From Leucoraja ocellata (taxonomy: Eukaryota): DNA of 64,000 bases. Made by a program: the position numbers and the translations under genes. The stretch lies in the NCBI GenBank assembly GCA_036785375.1, contig JAWMAR010000079.1:868001-932000 (forward strand), written 5' to 3'. Of the stretch, positions 40,101 through 52,100 are shown in pieces; position 1 is the stretch's first letter; each line of letters starts with the position of its first letter. Below the pieces are notes generated by a model. It searched no databases, had not been told where the DNA came from, and saw nothing but the letters and a program-made list of their open reading frames with translations.

Positions 40101-43100
40101 GAGGCAAAGCTATGAACTTAATACAATCAGTTCATTTGTTCTCAAAATATCTATCATGTTCGTCTGCGGGGAAGCCTAAACACAACCTTCTCTGATTATT
40201 TATAATGACCTCCAGCGGCCTTATTATGACTTACCCAGCCCTGCATTATCTATGTTATAGTTTGTCATTCATCACTTCATTGTTTTTGTAGAGGGATATT
40301 TAAACATTCTTGGTCTGTCATCTGGGAACATCAGGGAGGCAGATTGTCTACAGAGTTTTCAAAACTTCTGATATCAATAGAACAATTTTTGCTAAGGAAT
40401 TCACCCCTGAATTATTAAAGGAAGCGTACAACATGTTGCTGCTGATGTATAGTTTGCTAGACTGTTAACTAGGAATTAATTCATTTTCTGAAGGAATTGG
40501 GAATAATTTTCTGAAATGGAACCCTGAACCGAGTGAATCGTTTCCATCAGTGAATTAAGCCTGCACGTGATATACAAAACTATTGGTTTCAATATGCATT
40601 TAGTGATATAGAACCATCAGGCACAGGTCAGTTGGCCTGTTGTGCCCATGTGGGCTCTTTGATTGAATGAGTCCGAGAGTCCGAGATTCCCCTTTGATTA
40701 ATTATTACTTCACCTTTGGAAGTTACTGATTCTGTTTCCATCACCTTCTATGGCACTGTACTCATTTCACAACCATTCACAGCATAAACCAAACAATGCG
40801 TAGGAAGGAACTGCAGATGCTTTTTAAATCCGAAGATAGACACAAAAAGCTGGAGTAACTCAGCGGGACAGACAGCATCTCTGGAGAGAATGAATGGGTG
40901 ATACAATACAATACAATACCATTTATTTGTCATTTGAACCTCACATGAGGTTCAAACGAAATTTGGTTTCTGCAGTCATACAAGAAAAGAACCAAGACAC
41001 ACACCAACACAATTTACACAAACATCCATCACAGCCATTTAAAGCCGCGCCAGGCGATGCAAGGCCCCGCTCCAGGTCACTTTCATCCCCGCAATTCGGG
41101 CGGGTGCAGTTGCCGGTGCCCCGCAAAGCAGTCTCCCACCGGGGACCCACGAGCTCCCGGTGTCACCATCCACTGGAGTCGGGTCGCAGCCGAGCGCCAC
41201 CGCAGCTCTCCACGCTCTGAACTCTCCACGCTCCGAAGCTGGCCAGCTCCACGATGGTAGGTCCGCAGCTCCGCCGGCTCCGTGACTTGAGCCCCCAGGT
41301 CGTTCTGGTTGGAGGCCGCTCCACGGTGCTAGGCCCCAACGACAACGGAGACCCGACAGGGAAAAGGTCGGGTCCCCGTGCAGGGAAGAGATTTAAAAGA
41401 TTCACCCACCCACCCCCTGCCCCCCACACATATATAATTAAAATTCCACTACAAACTATACCCTCAACGGGACAAAAAAAAAAAAAGACAGACAGACTGC
41501 AGAGGCCGCTGCGACGTCGGTCGCGCCGCCCACCCATGTTTTGGATCGAGAACTTTAATCTGTCTGAATAAATAACTCCACAAATAACTTTGATCTGAAG
41601 AAGTATCTCGACCCAAAACGTCACCCATTCCTTCTCTCCAGAGAAGCTCCCTGTCCCGCTGAGTTATTCCAGCTTTTTGTGTCTATTTTTCATAAATAAA
41701 ACAATGTTCTTCTTCCCATTGGATTTACTTTTTGTGGTTAATCTTATCTTAAATGTGCCCTGTTTCGTGTCTAAGCTTTTCGACAGCTTTTTGACAGTGG
41801 AAGAAAGTTCAGCAACTTATGAAGACGTCGATTGCATTCTCCAGCAGTCTGAATGGGACATTACGTTACTTGATTAATTCTGTCTTTCACACTGCAGTTA
41901 TACGTCAGATGTATAATAAACCTGCAGTCCTACATATCTAATTATATTAAGTCTCCAAGCAAAATAAAGTCTGAATGAGAAGGAAGGGGCAGGAGGGAGG
42001 AGATAGAAAAGGGTAGACTGATCTGTACTTTTCTATGTAAGGAGACAAAATGTGTAACGGTCTAATGAAGGGTCTCCATCCAAAACGTCATCTATTCCTT
42101 TTCTCTAGAGATGCTGCCTGACCCACTGTTACTCCAGCATTTTGTGTCTCTCTTCTGTCCTTTTGATAGCCGTTGTGGTGCAACTTAAACTGCTTTACAT
42201 AAAATTCTCCACACGGGGGAGGTATGTTACAATAAATGCCCTTGGAATTCCATTGCCCATCACAATACTTCTATGCACTAGCTAATAAAATATTATCTGA
42301 TTCAGCCCATGGTGCCTTTCAAATAGTTGGTCCAGGTCCTTTGTGCTTCTGATAGGCCAAAGCAATGTTAAACAATGCAACAACTTTGTTTCTTATGTCA
42401 CTTTGGCAAAGTTGTTCCATGCAGACATGGCCTGTAAATGGAGCTTACAATGTATACTGAAACAAGCCTTAATTCGACCTCAGGAAAGGCACAAAGAGCG
42501 GGTCAGGTAGCATTCCTGGAGAACATGGACAGGTGACATTTCGGGTCGGGACCCTTCTTCAGACTGATTGCAGGGGTGGTGTTTCTTTTACTTCAGCATT
42601 TTAGGTCTTTCTTTGGTAAGTCAGCATCTGAAGTTTCGTTGTTTCTAACTAAACCTCAGCTGGGAAGATAGTGTTAACTACCTTCTTCCAGCCAGGCTGA
42701 ATAATCATATTCTCAACCAGGTTTTACCCATACCAATCTCCTCAGCACCCCAGCCCCTCTCTCTGGTTGAAACCACAATCAATCATCTCATCAAGAAGCA
42801 CTTCTCTGCAAGCATCTGGTCCCCCCCCCCCCCCCCTCCCCCGTCAATGCACTGCTTGACTGACTTCTACTGTGAATTCCACCCCACTATGGTGTAAGCT
42901 CATGGACAAATGGGTTTTCAACTACAGATTTAAGCAAACAAAGTTTAAATATGTAAAGCCAAAATGTGTTAAGTTAATATAACACATGTTTTAAATAGAA
43001 AAGTCACAGTTAAAATGGAAAGAGAACTTCCCGTACCAAGTTCTTAAGACCTCACCTACAAATATTATAACCATCTTATCTCCTTCCAAATTTACAGTTC

Positions 43101-46100
43101 TGGTTGGCCCATTACAGGAAGGATGTGGAGCCTTTGGAGAGGGTGCATAAGAGGTCTACCAGAATGCTGCCTGGATTGGAGGGTTTTAGCTATAAGGGTG
43201 TATTAGACAAGTTTAAACTGTTATCTCTCTAGCATCAGAGGTTGAAAGGAAACATGATAGAATACATATCAAATTATGAGAGGCATAGTTATGATAAATA
43301 GACAGGACCCTTTCCATAAAGACTAGGCATAACTTTAAGATCGAGTGGGAAGTTTAAAGAAGATGTAAGGGGCTTTTTTTTTTTTGCAAAGTGGGGTGGG
43401 TGACTGGAATGTGCTGCCAGGGATGGTGATGGAAGATAATTTGACTGGCATTTAAAAGGCTTTCACATAGGCACATGCTAATGCAGGAATGCAAGGACAT
43501 GCTTCACATTAGCCTGAGGAGATTAGTTTTGACTTGGCATCAAGTTTGGCACAGACATTATGAGCTGAAGGGTCTGTTCTTGGCTGTACTTTTCTGTGCA
43601 CTATGTTTAATGTTTCAAATGAAGAACAATTGGCTGTAATTTATCCAGCATAGTTTTTACAAGGATTATTTAGAAAGGACATGATGAGGGGTGGGGAATT
43701 TTAAGATATTTACTTTTGCCTGGGAAGTTTAGAAGCATGGAATGATGTAGCACAGACAACAGTTGTTTGGCTCATCATGTTCCTTGGACTGATCTATTCA
43801 ATTAGTCCTACGCCCCTCCTCATTCCCCACAGCCTGCATCTTTTCAGCATTTATCAAAATCAATTAAATTCAAAGTAGATTATCTGTGTTAATTACAATA
43901 TTATAGAGAAGTCCTTCTCTGGTTATATTGGATGAAAGCCATAAAGCCAAAGCACAAAATAAGTTTTCAGAAGCAAAACATTAAAGGAGATTTTCCAAAT
44001 AGTTAGCTTTTCAAAATTGTTACTATTACAGCTTTGAAGTGAAATGGAACAGGTCACTCCACAACTAACATGAACATTGAGATAGTGATTTGATCTACAT
44101 TAGCAGGCCGGACCATAAAGGCTGATCTTCATGTGTAGTCTTCCTTACAATGAAGGCTTTGGGGAAAGGCAACAAGGAGATAAACAATTCAGGTCACTGG
44201 CCAGACTAAATGAGCCACTGATAAACTCTAAGTAATCCACCTTTATTCTTTGACCTCTTGCATGACCATAGACTTATTTTGAAATTATGTGTTTTTGCAT
44301 TAATGTTTTTTTTTTTTTTTGCACAGCCCGTTTTGTTTTCACAGACATGTGGAATTTATATTTAATCTATATATAATTTATGTTTTGTGTGTTATCTGAT
44401 TCATTGTGCCTGTGATGCTGCTCTAAACAAGATATTAATTGCACCTGTGCCTCATCCTACTAGCGCTTTTGACAATAGACTTGATGATGAGGCTGCATCA
44501 GTGCGAAGAGAAACAGAACTAGCCTTGCAGGTCAAAGACGCTTCTTCGGAACCGGGAAGGAGACAAAGGAAGCTGGTTATGCTGCAGAGNNNNNNNNNNN
44601 NNNNNNNNNNNNNNNNNNNNNNNNNNNNNNNNNNNNNNNNNNNNNNNNNNNNNNNNNNNNNNNNNNNNNNNNNNNNNNNNNNNNNNNNNNNNNNNNNNNN
44701 NNNNNNNNNNNNNNNNNNNNNNNNNNNNNNNNNNNNNNNNNNNNNNNNNNNNNNNNAGGGTAGAGAGAAGATTCTAATAGAGTAAAACGGGATGACCATG
44801 AAGATAGCTATAAACAAAGTTACCTCGTAAATGAATGAATGAGGAATTTCCTTTGTTCTTTGCCTTCTCTGCTACCTGTACTAACCTATTTCTCAGTTCT
44901 AATGAAGGGTTTCAGACACAATACAATAATTGTTTCTCTTTCCACAGATGCTGCCTGACCTACTGAATTTTACCAGTGTTTGCTATTTTAATTCCATATT
45001 TCCAGCACCTGTAATTTTTTGAATTCCAAAGAGTTTGTACTGGGTACCTATAGGGTTAAGAACAATGGGATTGTGCCAAAAGAAAGAATCAACTGGAGAC
45101 ATGGAGAATGAGATATGTGTAGAAAGGATGTTTTTAATTATGCATCATAAAAAGTGAACATGTCCCAAGCAAGAAAGATTGAGTAACAATAGATCTATAA
45201 AATGTAGAATGGCACAACTCAGAATGATAGACGCTATGCTTCTCCACTTTAAATTATTCTCTGACCTCATTTGAAGCCAGAGTATTAAACATTCTTCAGA
45301 CATCAAGGGTACAATAGCATAGTAGTTCTGCTGCAAGACTACTAATGTTGAAGCCTCAACTAATGATCGAGGGACACAAATTCAAATCCCATGAAAGTGG
45401 CTGGGGAATTTAAATGCTGTTAATTAAAACTGGAATAAAAAGCATATCATTAATTATGACCATGAAATGTCTGGATTGCTGTAAAAACCCATCTGGTTCA
45501 CTAATAACCTTCACAAAAGGCACTCTGCCAGTCTTACATGATCTGGCCTCCATGTGGTGCCACATCCATTGTTAACCCCTGCCTGCCCTCTGAAGTAGCC
45601 AAGCGAGTCGCTCAGTTACACCAAACCACTGCAAGTTGGATATGTGGCTGTCCTGCAGTTCATGATAATCTACAGCTGAGCCATTAGATACAGACAGTAC
45701 ACACCTTATACATATCAATTAAATTAAAATAATTGACTACGAATATCAATTTATGTTTGATGAGAACATAAGTCTACAGATGTCTATCGGACAGCAGAAC
45801 TCTATAAACAGGTAAGAGGACAATGAATGTCAGATTTTAAGAGATTTTTTTCATGCTCTTGATTGGCGTAAGATAATGCCCATTATTGTGAAAGCTGCTT
45901 CTGCCTCGATACTTTTCACTGATTATTTTTCACGCTTAATAGAGATTCATTCATTTCTGGAACTTTGTATCCTGACACACAAAGTCACTGTTTCAAGAGA
46001 CATTCTCAAGTCATTGTTGCCTTCTAACTAATTTTTGAGTTTCTACCACTTCATTTCCTTCTTTCTGAGAAGGCACTTGGCCTGCTGCAGTGAAATTTTA

Positions 46101-49100
46101 CATTACACTCGACAAGCAACTCTTCAGCAAGTGAGCCTGCCCATACATTCAATCACTGACAGTATTATAGTTGGCTTTGACCACATTCTCACTCAACACT
46201 TAAAGCATAACTATAGATTAGTTGTCTTACAACACATCAATCTATAAGTGCTGCATATAGTAGTGATTTACTTTTGAGGATTTTTTCTAAGTATGCACAA
46301 ATTCCAGCAGGGATTATGACTGCAATAAAGGTGCACACACTGGCATTTACATAACACTTTCCCACCTCAAGTATATTCCAAAGCCTTATGATAACGTAGT
46401 ACAATGAATGTTGTATCATATGGCAAGTGGTGATCAAATTCCGCAAGATCCCACAAACAGCAGGCTTATAATTTGTTTTGGATGTGTACTTCATCCATCA
46501 CTTGTGCATAACCTGTCCCTGCACCCGTCATAGAGCCTTAAAATGCTTAACGCTCTCTTGGATGCTCCCTCTCCATGTTGAAGAATAATTGGCAAATGAT
46601 TCCCATGTTGATTGAGTGCTAAATGCAAGGAAACGCCTTGTATAATTGTGCCATGGCATCATTTACCCCAGAAGGTAGACTGGCTCTTGCTTATTACCAA
46701 ACAATAGCCTTTGGAATATTGCAGCACCAGGGGGAAAGTCAATATATTGAGCTTGGGGATTTTGAGCCCACAGACATCTGACTCAGGAGGCATCATTGCT
46801 ACCTAATGGGAGATTGAAAGATAAACTCCCTGCCACTGCAGGACAACACTATATTTAGTTTAGTTTAGTTTAGTTTAGTTTAGAGATACAACGCAGAAAC
46901 AGGCCCTTCGGCTCACCGAGTCTGCGCCGACCCTCAATCACCATATATTAACACTATCCTACACACACTAGGGACAATTTACATATATACAAAGCCAATT
47001 AACCTACAAACCTGTACATCTTTGGAGTGTGAGAGGAAACTGAAGATCTCGGAGAAATCCACGCGGTCATGGGGAGAACGTAATAACTCCATACAGACTG
47101 CACCCATAGTCGGGATCAAACCCATCTCCGGCGCTAAAAGGCAGAAAATCTACCACTGCGCCACCGTGCCGCGCATATATGAATGCATGCTTATATAAAT
47201 GGAAATATTGACTAGGCTGTTCCCTTAGCTCAGATGGGTTGTGGCAGAGAATGGCGAGTTCAGCAGGCCAGAAACTCAACTCCATTTTGCATCTCTAGAG
47301 TAAGAAACTATTAATGCTACAGGTCTGAAATGGCCAGTGTTCAATCAGAAAGCTGAAGTGATAATTATATTCTGCTTATTCACACATGCTGCTTTACATA
47401 ACAGGGAGCATTTCTAACATTTTATGGTTCTATTTAACTTCTTTCAAAATATTTCAAGTATATACAATTTGCATATGCATTTAGTTCTTTAAGTGCACCA
47501 TGATTTGGAGTGCTTGATAGACAGAATGTGAGTAGTTTGTTGAGTTTCCATCATTTCACAGTACTATTCTTTGGAGAATTGGGATCTCATTAAACAATTT
47601 CAAGGTTGTCATACATACCATGATCTGCACGGAGCTCGACTTACCCATAATAATCCAAATAAGCATACAGGAGATAGCGCTGCTCGTACTTGAGGCAGTG
47701 GAGGATGAAACAGCTATGGAAATGAAGTCCTTCACTGGACCGATACACTGGAACTAGGTGAGGGTCCTGCATCACTCCCCCTGTGCAACTAAGCCTTGCC
47801 AAGAGCTGTTCAAAGTCTGCAACCTCCGATGGGATGAATATCCTTTTTCTGTTTAAAAACAAATACAAAAATAAACTTACAAACAAATTTCAAAAAATTC
47901 ACAACGTACCCTTATTTACCATACAAAATGTATAAATTAGGTGCAAGATTAGGCCTCTCAACCCTTCAAGTAATCTCTGCCAGCTAATCATAGAATGGCT
48001 GATTACTGGTCCACACTTAGAAAGAAAAGGAGACCAGGGCTATACTGTTTGGATACTAGTTATTGCACAGTGCCTATGACATCTGGCAACATCAGCATTT
48101 TGTGGCACTGAATTCCAAAAAATTATTTGGGAATGTTCAATGTTGAGAAAGTACATGTGAATTGTCTAATCTTGTATACCAATAAACTAAAATTTCCAGT
48201 TGCCTGTATACACACCTGTGTACACATCTGCCATTGAGATTTAAGATGTTAGTGCTCTGCTGGATGCTTCCCCTCCATGTTGAAGAATAATTGGCCAGAG
48301 ATTATGAATAGTCAGGGAGGTTGCTTGAGAACCTTGTAGAGGTGTTTCCTCTGTCCCCTGTGAAAACTCTTGCCATGATGGAGTTCAGAGCACTGTGCTT
48401 GTTTTTAGCGCTCCAGTGACAGGACAACCCGTCCTGTCCATTAGCGTTGGTTTTGAGTGTGGTCAGAGCCTTGATGCAACGGTCATTGGCCTGGGAGAGG
48501 ACTCTGACTTTAGTTCACCTATCCTACCAACGGACCATACTTTCCTAGTGCTCTGAACTGCCTCCTGCATGTTGTCCACATCTCCCACCAATACGAGAAG
48601 GTGTAGACCACTTGGTAAACCATGAGGTTAGCACCGGTTAGTCTTCAAGCACTGTTGAACGCACTCGCATTGGTATACTGGAGCTTTCGTTGAGAGACGG
48701 CTCCCGAGATATGTAAGATAATCTATGCTTCCTAGAGACTTGTGCAAGGTGGGGGAGGTGGTCGGCTGCGCAGTTGGCCTTCCTGAATTTAGTGTAAAGA
48801 CCATACTTTCAAATGCTTCAGTGAAAAAAAAATAAACAATGATTTGGACTTCAGTCACTGAATGTGCACATCAACCCAAGGGGCATTACGGAGAATCCTT
48901 CTCAAATATGGTAGTCCTTAGAAATCCATTACCATTGCACTGTTACTCAGTGACATGAAGATCATGATCCTCATACATTACAGTGTAATACTGTATTTCA
49001 CTCCAAAAAGCCTTCCCAAGGTCAAACGAGATATTCATCATCTCTCCTCCAAACCCAACACTCTTAATTGCAATTCGAAGTCAATGAACAGCTTGTATAG

Positions 49101-52100
49101 TTTACTTAAGGCATGTGTCATGACAATAAATGAACACAGAAGATTCTATGTAAGTGATATACGATACTATACTTTGCAGTATTAAGAGCATCACAGTTCA
49201 TTGGGACAAAAGTTCACGAACATTCCTAGAACCAGTTAATTATATTACAAACATAAGGTTTCCAACCGAGAAAAAATACACTGTAAGGAAAAGGAATTGC
49301 TTATGGTTAAATCAGCAGCAGCAGCAGCAGCAACAACCAACTGCACTTGGATAGCACCAGTGGGTTTTTTTTAATATACGCATATAGGTGCTAGTATGCA
49401 TATAAAAGTTCACACAGTGTTAATGGCTCCTGTACATCAATCTAGTCTTTAACCTTTTAGAGATGCCAGTGCCATGTTCCGTCACATAAAAAGTACTGGA
49501 TAGCATCATTAATACCGGAAAACATTCTGAGTGGTTTCACAGGCACGAAGTTTAACAGCATGTGACACCAAATTACACAAAGTGACATTACGCTCGACGA
49601 TCAAAAGAGTGTTCGGAGAGGTTGCTTTTAAGGATCCTCTGACTGTAGGAGATGGAATTATAAAGGGGCTTAGTGGGTGAATTCCAAAGCTGAGGGCCCA
49701 GGCAAACAGAAGCTGCATGGGAGTTGTGTTTTAGTAATATATTCATAGTTAATGCAAATTATATTGGTGCAACAAGCTTATTTTCCAATTTCATGTGAAA
49801 TAATTATTTTTGTTAACCACATTCTTGATAATAGAATGCTGACGAAGCAACTGTGGATTTAAGGTATTGAATTGTCTCAAGCTTGTTGCTTGAAATGTAT
49901 TAGTAATAATCCATTTTATATAAAAGGAAAACATCAAACAGAATAGGCTATTAAAACATTTATTTTCTTAACCTCACATTCTAATCCTTTGAGAGGATTG
50001 TTTAACTAACCTGCCAATGTTTATTCTGAAGACATGAAACATACAGAATGCTTGCCTTCACCATCATAGCTGAAATGCAAGGTCCGGGGGGGGGGGGGTC
50101 AAGTTCAAATAGCGTACACATTAGTCAGATCTTGGGAGTGCTGTGAGCAATCTGATCACCACATTACAGGAGAGAAGTAATAGCACTGGAAAGGGTGCAG
50201 AACATAAAATTCTAATTATAAAGAAAGATTGAGTTGGCTGGGCTTTGCTTTCTTTGGATCAGAGTTGGTCAAGGGAAAATTTAAATAAGGCACGCACAAT
50301 TCTGATGGTCTGTGGAGAAAGGTAAAACGGCTGGAAGAACTTGCTGAGAACTTGGGGAAAGGGGCAGATGAAGGTTAAGACAGTTTTCCCGTATGTAAGG
50401 GATATGGAATACTGGAGAACACTGCATGAAAGAGTGATTAAAGAATCCTCATTCAATGGAAAATAATGCACCTGATGGGCTAGATCTTTCTCAGCTGGGA
50501 TGGATTCAATGGACTGAACCACCTTTCACTCTGCCATTAGGATCTTTGATTCCATGAAGAGAAGACATGCAGTCAAGTATGAATTGTTCTGCTATATGTT
50601 GAGTTCAGGAACAATACATGGGCAATAGTGAAAGTCAACCTAAATATAGCGCGCGCACACACTCTACATGCCTAAAATCTTAATAATCTGCATCCATTCA
50701 ATTGTACCAGAACCAATTCCTTCCTTAGACATCATCGAAACAGTGTGAGCAGCTGAATTCTGCTTGCTTAAGTTGGTGCATTTAAGAGTGAAATTTAATA
50801 TTTACCTTGCAAGTTTGTCTAATATTTCATTTCTCATGTAGCGACTGCAACACGTGTTCTGATTCACAATCTCGGCTGTTAGAGTTGGCCAGCTTGCAGA
50901 AGGCTCAGTACTCTGGAAGACTTGGATCCAGTTAGAAATTCTGGCCCAACTATGTCTGGAAGTGAGGTAGCTCCACAGTACCTCGGGACTGCTGGACTGA
51001 ATTGCTGTGTAAATATTTGTGCAACAGCATCACTAATTAACAAGATATTTGATAAAAGATTCTCTATATTCAATTCTAAATAAAAGGCAAAATAACAGTA
51101 TGAAATTACACTGCCCTCATTTGGATCCCACCATACATGAGGATGGCCGAACATGATGCCAATCCGAGAGGATTCAGAAAAGAACTCTACTGTGGAAATG
51201 TAGGCTCTTCTTCCTGAAAAATGGCAGTACTTGAGCACATAGTGTTTTAAACATTACAGAAGGAACGTGGAATCAAATGCATATGGGGAAAATGCCAATA
51301 TTTAGGAAAATCTTCCTCAGCGGATCTGAATAGCATCATTTTTTTTGTTCCTACGAAACAAATATGTGTAATTGATATTGTAAATGCATTTCAGAAAGTC
51401 AATGCTTATTTTCTCTGTAGATTTGTGTATTATGGGCAATTTAATGCACATCCCCGATTATCCTGATGAGGAGGTGGTGAGCAAGTTAATTGCTGCACTA
51501 CTTAGCCTGGAGTAAATATTGAATAAATTCTACCATGGCCCTTGTGAAATTAAGTTCAGTTAATTAAATACCCTTTGGTTAAAACATGGGAAGAGCTTAA
51601 AAGCCCTGTCCCACAATACGAGTTCATTCAAAGAGTTCTCCAGAGTTTGCCCTGATTCGAACTTGGAGATTTACGGTAATGGCCGCTCGTAAGTATTCGG
51701 GGGTCTCGTGGACATTTTTCAACATGTTGAAAAATCTTCATGAGTCTTCCCGAGCTTACCTGCCATTAGCGAGTCTTCCCGAGTACCTGCCGTTAGCGTT
51801 ACGAGCCGCTAAGAGACGTCCCCGAACTTCGACGTACCCGCTACATTAATTCTACGTGCTTAGCACGAGTTTGATTTTTTTTTAAACTCGGGAGCGCACT
51901 TGAATGAACTCGCACAGTGGGACAGGACCATTAGTACATCTGAGGTTGTTAGTGGAACATTAGAATATCTGAGGTTCTTCTCCATCTATAGCCAAAATTG
52001 GCATGCAGGACATTTTGGATACAAGGAACTACAGATACTGGTTTACAGAAAAAGATACAGAGTTCTGGAGAAACTCAGCAAGTTGGCCGCATCTCTGGAG

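Noticed and set aside
40894-41624. Several overlapping ORFs of 67-153 aa
   Set aside because: GC-rich retroposon sequence with low stop density; no recognisable domain.
49313-49336. Poly-glutamine tract in ORF 49154-49354
   Set aside because: Short intronic microsatellite; no splice or coding support.
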